This document shows positions 7,012-16,242 of a stretch of 32,000 nt of DNA, piece by piece. This DNA comes from Planctomycetota bacterium. Its GTDB lineage: Bacteria > Planctomycetota > Planctomycetia > Pirellulales > Lacipirellulaceae. The first letter of the stretch is position 1, and each line of letters starts with the position of its first letter. The stretch spans positions 112,697-144,696 of the forward strand of contig JAKOXH010000031.1 of NCBI GenBank assembly GCA_029781135.1, read 5' to 3'. The translations under genes and the position numbers were made by a program. The notes below the pieces were generated by a model. It searched no databases. It was not told the DNA's origin and saw only the letters and a program-made list of their open reading frames with translations.

Positions 7012-8859
7012 ATGCCGCCGGAGGACAAGAGTGCTTCGCGCAACTTCATCCAGCAAATCATCGACGCCGACCGGGCCGCCGGGAAGAACGGTGGGCGGGT
7101 ACACACGCGGTTTCCGCCGGAGCCGAACGGGTATTTGCATATCGGCCATGCGAAGAGCATTTGTCTGAACTTTGGCCTCGCGCAGGAGTTCGGCGGTAAG
7201 TTCAACCTGCGGTTCGACGACACGAACCCGACGAAGGAAGAGCAAGAGTACGTCGACTCGATTGTGGACGATGTCAATTGGCTCATCGCGGCGTTTGGCG
7301 AGACGCAAGGGTTCAGGGCTCAGGGTTCAGAGTCGACATCGGCGGCGCGAACTGAACCCCGAACCCTGAATCCTGAACCCTTGTACGCTTCGGATTACTT
7401 TCAGCAGCTTTACGATTGGGCAATCCAGCTTATCAAAGAAGGCAAGGCATACGTGTGCGACCTATCGGCGGAGGAAGTGCGCGCCCATCGCGGCACACTG
7501 AGCGAGCCAGGCAAGAACAGCCCGTATCGCGATCGCAGCGTGGCTGAGAACTTAGAACTGTTCGAGCAAATGAAGAAGGGCGAGTTCCCCGACGGCACGC
7601 GCACGTTGCGGGCAAAGATCGACATGGCGTCGCCGAACCTCAACCTGCGCGACCCCGTGATGTACCGCATCAAGCATGCGTCGCACCATCGCACGGGCGA
7701 CAAGTGGTGCATCTACCCGTCCTACGATTACACGCACGGCCAAAGCGATTCGATCGAGGGCATTACGCACTCGATTTGCACGCTGGAGTTTGAGAACCAC
7801 CGACCGCTGTACGATTGGTTTTGCCGCGAGTTGCGGATTCATCACCCGCAGCAGATCGAATTCGCGCGGCTCAACCTCACGTACACCGTGATGAGCAAGC
7901 GCAAGCTATTGCAGTTGGTGCAAGAAAAGCACGTGGCCGGTTGGGATGATCCGCGGATGCTCACGATTCGCGGCCTGCGCCGCCGTGGCTACACGCCCGA
8001 GGCAATTCGGGCATTCTGCGAGCGGATCGGCGTGGCGAAGTTCGATAGCACAATCGAAATGACGTGGCTCGAAGACGCCGTCCGCGAGGATCTCAACGAG
8101 CGGGCCCCGCGAGTGATGGCCGTGCTGCGGCCGCTCAAGGTGGTCATCACGAATTATCCCGAGGGGCAAGTCGAGCAGTTGGAAGCGGCAAACCACCCGC
8201 AGAACGCCGCGATGGGCACGCGGCAAGTGCCGTTTGCACGCGAGTTGTACATCGAGGCCGACGACTTCATGGAAGACGCGCCGAAGAAATTCTTCCGGCT
8301 CGCCCCCGGGCGCGAAGTGCGGCTGCGGTACGCGTATTTCATCACTTGCAACGAAGTGGTGAAGGATAAGGCCGGTAACATCATAGAGCTACGCTGCACA
8401 TACGACCCGGCCACCCGCGGCGGCAATGCCCCGGATGGCCGCAAGGTAAAGGGCACGATTCACTGGGTGGCGGCCCCGATGGCTGCGACGGCAGAAATTC
8501 GCGTGTATGACCATTTATTCAAGACCGAGTTTCCTGATGAGGTCGAGGGTCAAGGGTCGAGCGTCGAGGGCCAGACCAAAGTGACCAGCGCTGTATCCTC
8601 ATCCTCTGTCCCTCGACCCTCGACGCTCGACCCTCGACCCCACAGCTTCCTCGACAACATCAACCCCAATTCGCTGACCATCGTCCACGACGCCAAGCTC
8701 GAACCCTCGCTTGCTGCGGCACAGCCTGGCCAGCATTTCCAGTTCGAGCGATTGGGCTACTTCTTCACCGACCCGGTTGCTTCCAAGCCCGGCACCGCCA
8801 TTTTCAATCGCACGGCAACGCTCCGCGATACATGGGCAAAAGAAGCTGGAAAGGAATGA
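7012..8859 (+). CDS. glnS: Glutamine--tRNA ligase (class I), with two extra low-complexity segments
   Basis: [135 protein letters not shown]. Confidence 0.97.
   Translation: MPPEDKSASRNFIQQIIDADRAAGKNGGRVHTRFPPEPNGYLHIGHAKSICLNFGLAQEFGGKFNLRFDDTNPTKEEQEYVDSIVDDVNWLIAAFGETQGFRAQGSESTSAARTEPRTLNPEPLYASDYFQQLYDWAIQLIKEGKAYVCDLSAEEVRAHRGTLSEPGKNSPYRDRSVAENLELFEQMKKGEFPDGTRTLRAKIDMASPNLNLRDPVMYRIKHASHHRTGDKWCIYPSYDYTHGQSDSIEGITHSICTLEFENHRPLYDWFCRELRIHHPQQIEFARLNLTYTVMSKRKLLQLVQEKHVAGWDDPRMLTIRGLRRRGYTPEAIRAFCERIGVAKFDSTIEMTWLEDAVREDLNERAPRVMAVLRPLKVVITNYPEGQVEQLEAANHPQNAAMGTRQVPFARELYIEADDFMEDAPKKFFRLAPGREVRLRYAYFITCNEVVKDKAGNIIELRCTYDPATRGGNAPDGRKVKGTIHWVAAPMAATAEIRVYDHLFKTEFPDEVEGQGSSVEGQTKVTSAVSSSSVPRPSTLDPRPHSFLDNINPNSLTIVHDAKLEPSLAAAQPGQHFQFERLGYFFTDPVASKPGTAIFNRTATLRDTWAKEAGKE
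7309..7380. repeat. In-frame inverted heptad-repeat element 1 in glnS (72 bp)
   Basis: Arm 1 GGGTTCAGGGCTCAGGGTTCAG (7309-7330). Arm 2 CTGAACCCCGAACCCTGAATCCTGAACCC (7352-7380) is its reverse complement with an extra heptad. It starts exactly at a codon boundary and adds [24 protein letters not shown]. Confidence 0.88.
8541..8640. repeat. In-frame inverted heptad-repeat element 2 in glnS (~100 bp)
   Basis: Arm 1 GGTCGAGGGTCAAGGGTCGAGCGTCGAGGG. Arm 2 CCCTCGACCCTCGACGCTCGACCCTCGACCC. It adds [34 protein letters not shown] between ...FKTEFPDE and [11 protein letters not shown]... Confidence 0.88.
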
Positions 8860-8978
8860 ATTCCTTGTACGGCGCGCGGTGGTAAAAGCCTCACGGCACC
8901 ATTCGAGCCGACGCGGCGGACTGGTGAGACTCGGACAATTTGGCTGGAAGGCTTGTAATTTGGTAGGGCGCGGTTACA

Positions 8979-11501
8979 TTGCCGCCTATGGATACCACCC
9001 GAATGTCACGCGCGGCATTGGCAGCGATGTTCATCGTCATCGGGTCATCGCACATTGCGACCACCTTCGCGCAAACCTTCTGGACCGCTGGCACCGGTGA
9101 CTGGAACACGGCGAGCAATTGGAGCCTCGGTGTTCCTGACGCGGGTGGCGGAACCGCGTTCGATGCGGTGATTGAAAACGGCGGTACCGCGCAACTCCTC
9201 GGCCTGCCGGCCGGCAGCGTACGACGGCTCCGCGTGGGGCGCACCGCCGGCGGCGGTCATTTGGTCGTCGATGGCGTGCCTTTGACCGTGACCGAAAACC
9301 TGCATCTCAACGAAACCAGTTCCGCGCCGGCCTCGGTGACCGTGCAAAACGGCGCCACCGTATCGTCGCCGAGCACGATCGTGGGCTATTCCAGCACTCC
9401 CAACACTGATTTCACGATCACCGGAGCAGGCACCACATTCAACGCGGCAACGCAATTTATCGTGGGAAACTCGGGCGCGGGAACTGCCTCGCTCACCGTC
9501 GACGCAGGGGCCGTGCTCACCAGCGGCACGGGCTGGGTCGGTAACGGCTCGGGAGCAACGGGTGTGGCGCTTGTCCGCAACCCCGGCTCCACGTGGTCGA
9601 CCGCCACCACGCTCACCGTGGGCAACACCGGGACCGGCACACTGACGATTGAAGACCAAGGCGTGGTATTCGTTGGTACGGCCCTTGGAATCAACAGCGC
9701 GAGCACCGTCAATCTCAACGGGGGCACGCTCCGCTTCAATACGGTCGGCGGCGCCGGCGGCCTGAGCCGCCTCAATTACACCGCCGGCACGATCCAGCTT
9801 GCCGGCAACCGCGAGATGCTGTTCGATACCACCATTCTTGCCATTTACGGCTCGTCGCCGGTGATTCCCACGGGGAAGGAACTGATTGTCGAAGGAACGA
9901 CCACGGTCCATCAGGATAAGACGCTGAGTGTGAATGGCGGTAGTTTCATTTCACAGGGCCTGCTAACCGTTGGAGCCATGAATTCCGGCAGCGGCACGTT
10001 GCTTGTTTCCTTGGCCGGTACCGCCCAGGCGAAATCTGGTGCGGTCGTCGACCAGTTCGGTTTTGTCCGCGTGAACGGTGCAGGATCGAGTTGGAACGTC
10101 ACCGGCAATCTCAACATCGCTTCCGTCACCCGCGGCGACCTGGTAATCGACAACCAGGGCAGTGTCTACGTCACCGGTGCACTGACACTTGGCTTTTCCA
10201 GCCATTTCACGCTCAATGGCGGCACGATCCGCTTCAACGGCTACAGCCGCACCATACCGTCATCATTGTTCTTCTATCCGGCGGGCACGGTTCAACTTGC
10301 CGGGGATAGGACGATTGGAGGCGATGCGGCGATCCAGGACTTCTTTGGTGCGGCACCCAACATCCCAACGGGCAAAGCGCTCGTAGTGGAAGGCACGGCC
10401 CTGCTAACCTCCACGACGCCCGTGATACTTTCGGGCGGCACCCTCGGCGCGGATACACTACTGCTCTCGCCCGCTAGCCATTTGACGACCGTGCAGCCGT
10501 CCCAAGTATCGGGGGTGGTCCTCGCCCTGGCCGGCTCCGTGATCGATACGACGAACCAGAACCTTTCGCTCGGCGATGCGGCCAAAGTGAACGGCTTTTA
10601 CAGTAATGGCACGTTGCGCGTGGGACAGTCCACTGTGACGCTTCTCGACGCCAACGACGCGGTGTTCGACTCGGCCGCGCTCGTCACGCTCGGTTCCGGG
10701 GGTAGCCCGGGGACAATGGACGCGGCCAACGGCCTGACGCTCGACTTCGGCGGCAACATCCTCGGGACGGGTACGATCAGCACGCCCAACGACATTGCCA
10801 AGCCGCTCATCGTCAATGGCCACATTACGGGCGACAGCGTCGCGCAGTCCATCACGCTCCCCGGCTACGTCAAAGGCGTTGGCACATTCGACAACGTAAA
10901 TTTCACGGGTACGTTTTCACCGGGCCTGTCGCCGACGATTCTCGCCGTGGGCAACGTCGCACTCGCGCCCACCAGTACGCTCGTAATGGAACTAGGCGGC
11001 ACAACGCCCGGCGGCGGCTACGATCAAATCCGATCCTCCGGCGCACTTGCGTTGGGCGGCACGCTGCAGGTGTCACTGATAAATGGCTTCACGCCGGCAG
11101 CCGGCGAGTCATTTAACCTGTTCGATTGGACCGGCACGAGTGGGACATTCGCCACACTCGCCCTGCCGGCGCTTGGCAGCGGCCTCGCCTGGAACACCGC
11201 GCAGCTCTACGCGACCGGCGTCCTCAGCGTAATCGGTGTCGGGCTGCCCGGCGACTACAACAACAACGGCGTGGTCGATGCTGCCGACTATGTACTATGG
11301 CGCAAGAGTCCCAGCTCTTATGGCGGCAGCCCGGCCGGCTACGACACCTGGCGCGCTAATTTCGGCCGAACTGCGGGCAGCGGCGCCAGTTCCGCGCTCT
11401 CCGTCGACACTGCGGTTCCCGAACCAACGAGTTGCGTGTTACTTTTGCTCGCCGCCTTCGTCGTAGGCGGCGTTCATCGATTGAAGAATTTCTTGGCTTG
11501 A
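8979..11501 (+). CDS. PEP-CTERM autotransporter-like repeat protein, copy A
   Basis: Signal-like N-terminus, 'FWTAGTGDWNTASNWSLGVPDAGG' repeats, dockerin-like GDYNNNGVVDAADYVLWRKSPSSYGGSPAGYDTWRANFG, C-terminal VPEPTSCVLLLLAAFVVGGVHRLKNFLA. Confidence 0.9.
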   Translation: MPPMDTTRMSRAALAAMFIVIGSSHIATTFAQTFWTAGTGDWNTASNWSLGVPDAGGGTAFDAVIENGGTAQLLGLPAGSVRRLRVGRTAGGGHLVVDGVPLTVTENLHLNETSSAPASVTVQNGATVSSPSTIVGYSSTPNTDFTITGAGTTFNAATQFIVGNSGAGTASLTVDAGAVLTSGTGWVGNGSGATGVALVRNPGSTWSTATTLTVGNTGTGTLTIEDQGVVFVGTALGINSASTVNLNGGTLRFNTVGGAGGLSRLNYTAGTIQLAGNREMLFDTTILAIYGSSPVIPTGKELIVEGTTTVHQDKTLSVNGGSFISQGLLTVGAMNSGSGTLLVSLAGTAQAKSGAVVDQFGFVRVNGAGSSWNVTGNLNIASVTRGDLVIDNQGSVYVTGALTLGFSSHFTLNGGTIRFNGYSRTIPSSLFFYPAGTVQLAGDRTIGGDAAIQDFFGAAPNIPTGKALVVEGTALLTSTTPVILSGGTLGADTLLLSPASHLTTVQPSQVSGVVLALAGSVIDTTNQNLSLGDAAKVNGFYSNGTLRVGQSTVTLLDANDAVFDSAALVTLGSGGSPGTMDAANGLTLDFGGNILGTGTISTPNDIAKPLIVNGHITGDSVAQSITLPGYVKGVGTFDNVNFTGTFSPGLSPTILAVGNVALAPTSTLVMELGGTTPGGGYDQIRSSGALALGGTLQVSLINGFTPAAGESFNLFDWTGTSGTFATLALPALGSGLAWNTAQLYATGVLSVIGVGLPGDYNNNGVVDAADYVLWRKSPSSYGGSPAGYDTWRANFGRTAGSGASSALSVDTAVPEPTSCVLLLLAAFVVGGVHRLKNFLA

Positions 11502-11521
11502 TCTTCGGCCTCGGAAGGAGC

Positions 11522-11641
11522 TTTCAATTCGAGCCTTTAGGCAACTTCTTTACGAACCCGGCTGCTTCCAAACCTGGCACCCCCATTTTCAATCGCGCTG
11601 CGACATTACGCGACACTTGGGCGAAGGAAGCTGGGAAAGAC
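11522..11641 (+). pseudogene. Remnant of the 3' end of glnS (duplicate)
   Basis: Encodes [40 protein letters not shown] versus gln[41 protein letters not shown]. The alignment is ungapped at a constant offset of 2785 bp from 8737-8856. Confidence 0.92.
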
Positions 11642-11767
11642 GAGGAATTTCGGCCAATTTCATCGGCAATTTTCGTGGAACTCCCTCCCGTCGAGTGGTA
11701 TAATCACCACCCGCTAGTGTACCGCAGCGGTAACTCGCTTTCTCGCTTTGGGAGGCAGTGGTTGGCA

Positions 11768-14700
11768 ATGATTCGTCGGCAAATGACTCGCAGTTCCGTT
11801 TTCGTAGTTATGGCATTTGCTTCGTCGCTCCTGCTGCCGAATTCGGCTCGCGCCACCAAGTTCTGGAAGAACAGTGTCACGAGCGGCAACTGGTCCAATG
11901 GAAATAACTGGAGTGCCGTCTCCGCCGCTGGGGCCGATAACGGCGGCGTGCCGGTGGCAAGTGAACAAACGCGGATCGTAAATACGGATGGCGTGGCGCG
12001 CACGGTAACGCTCGATACGAATACACCGTCGCTCGGACTCGTAGCCATCGACCTCACGGGTGCCGGTACAACAGCCAACACGCTCTCAATTCCTAACAAC
12101 AACACAATGACCGTGGGTGCCATGGCAGTGGGTGGCCACAATGGCGTCACGACCACCAACGGTCGAGGCGCGCTGACGCAAGCCAACGGCTCCGTCACGA
12201 TTAGTTCGGGGCTCGACCTGGTGGTTGGCTGGGGCGCGGGCTCCACCGGCACATACACCTTAAGCGGCGGGTCGCTCACCGCGCCACAATCGGAATTCAT
12301 CGGTTCCTCGGGAACCGGCACGTTCAATCACTCCGGGGGCACGAACACAATTTTGGCCGGCGCAATCGGCTATTTGAATGTTGGCACGTCCTCTGGCGCC
12401 ATGGGGAATTACAACCTTAGCGGCACGGGACAGCTCATCTCGAACAAATCGGAATACATCGGCGACGCCGGCGCTGGCAACTTCGTTCAAACCGGTGGTT
12501 CAAACACCATTGTGGGCACTGGCAACAGCCTGTATCTCGGATACAGCACAACAAATACTAGCCCTACCGGTGGCACGTACGCACTTAGCTCCGGCTCGCT
12601 CACGGTTAGTGGCCAAATGTACGTCGGGTATAACAAGGTGGGGGCATTTAACCAAAGTGGCGGCACAGTGAATATAAATGGCCATACCACCGAAGATCTC
12701 GTAATTAGCGGTGCGGGAAGTGCAACTGGCAGCTTTAATCAAACCGGGGGAACATTCCATGCCGAGGGACTCGTGAAGGTCGGCTACACGGGACTTGGAA
12801 GCCTCGTCATCGATGGGCAAGATTCGGACTTTTCAGCGCTTTTCATCGAAATCGGGCAGTATGGTACTGGCAATATGGTTGTTAGTGGAGGAGCTTCGGC
12901 AACTTTTAATCTGGACGTCGATCTTGCTTTCAACGGCACCGCCCATGTTACGGTGAAGGATCCCGGATCTCTCCTGCAAACAAACAGCTATCTAGTGCTT
13001 GGCAATGGCGGAGTGGGTACCTTGGATATTCAAAATCAAGGCGTTGTCAGCATTGGGACGGATTTGATTGTTCATCTCAATAGTGCGGTCAATGTGATTG
13101 GCGGCACGCTACGCCTCAACAGCATTGATACTGGAGACATGGACCGAGTGAACTATTCGTCTGGAACAATCCAGCTTATCGGTAACCGTACGGTTGGCAG
13201 CGCGTCGGGCGATGCGATCGTTTCTCACTTTTTTGGCGGCGCTCCTACGATTCCGATTGGAAAAGGGTTGACTGTGGAGGGTACGGCGACGCTTCTGACT
13301 TCTACCGTGATCGACGGCGGCACATTTTCCGTCGGTCAACTGGCGAACGCAGCCAACTTGGGAATGAATCGGGGTACATTCAACCTCACCAACCAAGCCC
13401 TGACGATCGGTGCGGGCGGAACATTCGGCAGCACGCTCGATATTAACACTGGCATGACCGTCAACGTGACCCTCGGCACCACGAACCAAGGCCTCGTCAC
13501 GGGCGACGGCGAAATCGGCGGTACGTTCACCAACGCGGCGGCCGGCGAGCTGCGCGGCGAGCCGGGAAAGTCGCTGAAGTTAACGGGCGCAAGCAACACG
13601 AACGCCGGTCAAATCAACTTGCTCGGTGGGCTCGTCGAATACACGCAAGGACTGACCAACAACGCCGGCGGCTTTATCTCGGGCAATGGCACACTGAAAA
13701 CGAACGCTCTCACCAACAGCGGTACGATGAATTTCAGCGGCCTCGCGAACATCGTCGGCGATGTCACGAATAACGCCGGTGGGAAAATCATCTCTTCCGG
13801 CGGTGGACCTACGACGTTCTTCGACGATGTCACGAATAACGGCGAGATTCGAACGACGTCCGGCTCTTTTACGGTCTTCTACGGTGCTGCCACGGGTTCT
13901 GGCACGTACACCGGGCTGGGCACGGTGAACTTCGAAGGTGATCTCAAGCCAGGGAACAGCCCGGCCGCTGTCCACTTCGACGGAGACGTCGTTCTTGGCA
14001 CAGCGTCGACACTTCGTATGGAATTAGGCGGCAGTACCGTTGGCAGCCAATACGATCAAATCAATGTGGCGGGCAAGCTCACGCTCGGCGGCACACTGGA
14101 AATAACACTGATCAATGGTTTCATTCCCACCCTAGGTCAGTCGTTTGATTTGTTGAATTGGGGAACCGTGGCCGGTGCCTTTGCATCGCTCCAATTGCCC
14201 TCGGTGCCCGGCCTCGTCTGGAACACGTCGCAGCTTAGTGCTGGAATTGTAAGTATTGTGGCAGCCGGCATTCCTGGCGATTACAACAACAACGGCGTCG
14301 TCGATGCAGCCGATTATGTGCTGTGGCGCGAGAATCCCAGCGCCTACGGCGGAAGCCCGGCGGGCTACAACACGTGGCGTACCAATATTGGCCAAACCGC
14401 GGGAAGTGGTACTGGGTCGTCCCTTGGTTTCACAGACACTTCCGTTCCCGAACCGGCTGGAATCGTGCTACTCGCAGTCGCTGCCGCCAGCCTGCTTGGC
14501 GCCCGAAAGGCATTCAGCATGTTAAGAACTGCTGCGCTAGCGTGCCTGGTTTCCTTATTGGTAACGTCGCGGTTAACGTTCGCCGGAACGGTAATCACTG
14601 CCAACTTGCCGCCCAATACGGCCATCGTCAACATCGATGCGAAGCAGGATGGCGCGGCAACTTGGAACAGCGGCCAAGACAGTTGGTTCCATCCATTCTT

Positions 14701-15637
14701 CACAGGCGGGGCCACGGGGCTGCTGCAGTACGCCATCGCCCCAGGAACGTATCAATTCCGCTTGACGAACCCTTCGCTGGCCGCAACGCAGTTTCCTGCG
14801 CTCACCGCTGGCCAACTCTCCCAAATTTTCACGGCATGGACGTATAACTCACCGTGGATCACCGACTACTTCGTTTTCGACAGTGCCGGCGCCACCAATT
14901 TTTCCGTTCCGCAAATTTTCGCGGGAGCGATTCGGCCGAGCGGACTCACCGGAGGAACCGGCTCTGCCACCGAGGCCTTCAACTTGGCCACCACGTACGA
15001 ATTCGACGATGTGATCGTCAAACAGCCCGGTGGGCGAATTACCGGCGTTCGCACGACGCTCTATACGTTCACCGCACCAGAAACGCTCACCTTTGCCGTT
15101 CCCGACAATATCCTCTCCGATAATAACGGTGGAATATCAGTCGTTATCAGCCAGGTCGCAGGCGTCGGCGTCCCCGGCGACTACAACAACAACGGCGGCG
15201 TCGACGCGGCCGACTACGTTCTGTGGCGCAACGGCGGCCCGTTAGCGAATGAAGTTGATGCACCGGGGACTGTCAACGCGCAGGATTACATGGAATGGCG
15301 AAACCGCTTTGGCAACACGAGCGGCAGCGCCGCGCTCGCGGGTCATTCAACAGTCCCTGAGCCGGGAATTGGCGGCCTCATATTCGTGCTCTGCGTTACG
15401 CTGGGAATATTCAATCGCACGGCGACACGATGCGATACGTTAGCGAATGAATTTGGAAGGAAACCAATGGCCTGCCATCGACAAAGGATACGTAAAACCA
15501 CGGGACGCGTCCTTCCGTCAACCCCTTCGAAAGCCAGCCCTTCCGTAGCTGCGGCGAACTCTCGTCTCTTAAAGCCAACGTCGAACGCGCGCTCGGTATT
15601 CATCGTACTGGATGCCGAACGTTCCTTGGAGTTTTGA
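11768..15637 (+). CDS. PEP-CTERM autotransporter-like protein, apparent fusion of two PEP-CTERM proteins
   Basis: Signal-like MIRRQMTRSSVFVVMAFASSLLLPNSARATKFWKNSVTSGNWSNGNNWS. Internal VPEPAGIVLLAVAAASLLGARKAFS is followed by a second signal-like MLRTAALACLVSLLVTSRLTFAG (ATG 14519), then a second dockerin-like repeat and VPEPGIGGLIFVLCVTLGIFN. The ORF track opens at 11432, which would include the glnS remnant. Confidence 0.82.
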   Translation: MIRRQMTRSSVFVVMAFASSLLLPNSARATKFWKNSVTSGNWSNGNNWSAVSAAGADNGGVPVASEQTRIVNTDGVARTVTLDTNTPSLGLVAIDLTGAGTTANTLSIPNNNTMTVGAMAVGGHNGVTTTNGRGALTQANGSVTISSGLDLVVGWGAGSTGTYTLSGGSLTAPQSEFIGSSGTGTFNHSGGTNTILAGAIGYLNVGTSSGAMGNYNLSGTGQLISNKSEYIGDAGAGNFVQTGGSNTIVGTGNSLYLGYSTTNTSPTGGTYALSSGSLTVSGQMYVGYNKVGAFNQSGGTVNINGHTTEDLVISGAGSATGSFNQTGGTFHAEGLVKVGYTGLGSLVIDGQDSDFSALFIEIGQYGTGNMVVSGGASATFNLDVDLAFNGTAHVTVKDPGSLLQTNSYLVLGNGGVGTLDIQNQGVVSIGTDLIVHLNSAVNVIGGTLRLNSIDTGDMDRVNYSSGTIQLIGNRTVGSASGDAIVSHFFGGAPTIPIGKGLTVEGTATLLTSTVIDGGTFSVGQLANAANLGMNRGTFNLTNQALTIGAGGTFGSTLDINTGMTVNVTLGTTNQGLVTGDGEIGGTFTNAAAGELRGEPGKSLKLTGASNTNAGQINLLGGLVEYTQGLTNNAGGFISGNGTLKTNALTNSGTMNFSGLANIVGDVTNNAGGKIISSGGGPTTFFDDVTNNGEIRTTSGSFTVFYGAATGSGTYTGLGTVNFEGDLKPGNSPAAVHFDGDVVLGTASTLRMELGGSTVGSQYDQINVAGKLTLGGTLEITLINGFIPTLGQSFDLLNWGTVAGAFASLQLPSVPGLVWNTSQLSAGIVSIVAAGIPGDYNNNGVVDAADYVLWRENPSAYGGSPAGYNTWRTNIGQTAGSGTGSSLGFTDTSVPEPAGIVLLAVAAASLLGARKAFSMLRTAALACLVSLLVTSRLTFAGTVITANLPPNTAIVNIDAKQDGAATWNSGQDSWFHPFFTGGATGLLQYAIAPGTYQFRLTNPSLAATQFPALTAGQLSQIFTAWTYNSPWITDYFVFDSAGATNFSVPQIFAGAIRPSGLTGGTGSATEAFNLATTYEFDDVIVKQPGGRITGVRTTLYTFTAPETLTFAVPDNILSDNNGGISVVISQVAGVGVPGDYNNNGGVDAADYVLWRNGGPLANEVDAPGTVNAQDYMEWRNRFGNTSGSAALAGHSTVPEPGIGGLIFVLCVTLGIFNRTATRCDTLANEFGRKPMACHRQRIRKTTGRVLPSTPSKASPSVAAANSRLLKPTSNARSVFIVLDAERSLEF

Positions 15638-16081
15638 TTCTTCCAGCGGAATCACGATCCAGTTAACGTACGCGATCGCCACGGGCAGAAAAACGATCGG
15701 CCAGAAGTGGCTTAACAGCAGAGCCTCACCGAGGTACGCGATTGTGAGACCGATATACATGGGGTTCCGCGTGAAGCGATACGGGCCCCAAGTGACCATC
15801 TGCGAGGAAATTTTACCGGGAACCGTCGTCGTGTGAGCCCGCCAGAAAGTCACCAGTCCCCAACCGGCGACGACAACACCGACGCCTAAGGTGACGCCAC
15901 CGACGATGCTTACATCGGGCACTTGTTCCACAATTCGCAATGGGTACGCTCGTTCCACGGCGAAGCCGATCAGGTACACGAGCACGAATATCCACGGCAC
16001 GGGAAGACGTAACAGAAATCGGATTGGGTTGCGAGTGGGCTCCATGATTGCGACTTCGATATGCCTGGTTCGCGGCGACAC
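15569..16081 (-). CDS. Isoprenylcysteine carboxyl methyltransferase (ICMT)/phosphatidylethanolamine N-methyltransferase-like membrane protein
   Basis: GPYRFTRNPMYIGLTIAYLGEALLLSHFWPI...IPLEESKLQGTFGIQYDEYRARVRRWL, the C-terminal ICMT signature. Confidence 0.88.
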   Translation of the reverse strand: MSPRTRHIEVAIMEPTRNPIRFLLRLPVPWIFVLVYLIGFAVERAYPLRIVEQVPDVSIVGGVTLGVGVVVAGWGLVTFWRAHTTTVPGKISSQMVTWGPYRFTRNPMYIGLTIAYLGEALLLSHFWPIVFLPVAIAYVNWIVIPLEESKLQGTFGIQYDEYRARVRRWL

Positions 16082-16119
16082 TTGGCAAGCTTACCATGGC
16101 TGAGCAATGCTTCGCAGGC

Positions 16120-16229
16120 GTCAGGCTTCAGCCTGACCAGTTTTGCGGCGGGATGCCCTATCGTCAGGCTAAAGCCTGACCTACGTTGCGTTACCAATAC
16201 TCGTACCGCAGGAACAGTTCTTGTTCGCG
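16120..16229. repeat. Direct repeat, left copy, flanking the HEPN/MNT module
   Basis: Ungapped match to 16934-17043 (offset 814 bp) with about 9 mismatches in 110 bp by eye. It contains GTCAGGCTTCAGCCTGAC...GTCAGGCTAAAGCCTGAC. Confidence 0.9.
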
Positions 16230-16242
16230 GTTGTAAAAGCGA

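Noticed and set aside
9045-9911. 288-aa minus-strand ORF, and similar minus-strand ORFs at 11704-12327 and 13109-13489
   Set aside because: Antisense to PEP-CTERM repeat proteins. No recognisable motifs and no initiation context.
11699-11704. TATAAT upstream of the second PEP-CTERM gene as a promoter
   Set aside because: The -10 box is perfect, but the -35 region (TGGAAC at about 11676) is weak, so I did not list it as a feature.
12014-14100. Repeated 'GTFN/GSG..TG..L.I' segments in the PEP-CTERM protein as a possible CRISPR-like or tandem DNA repeat
   Set aside because: These are protein-level autotransporter-like beta repeats with diverged DNA, not regular spaced DNA repeats.
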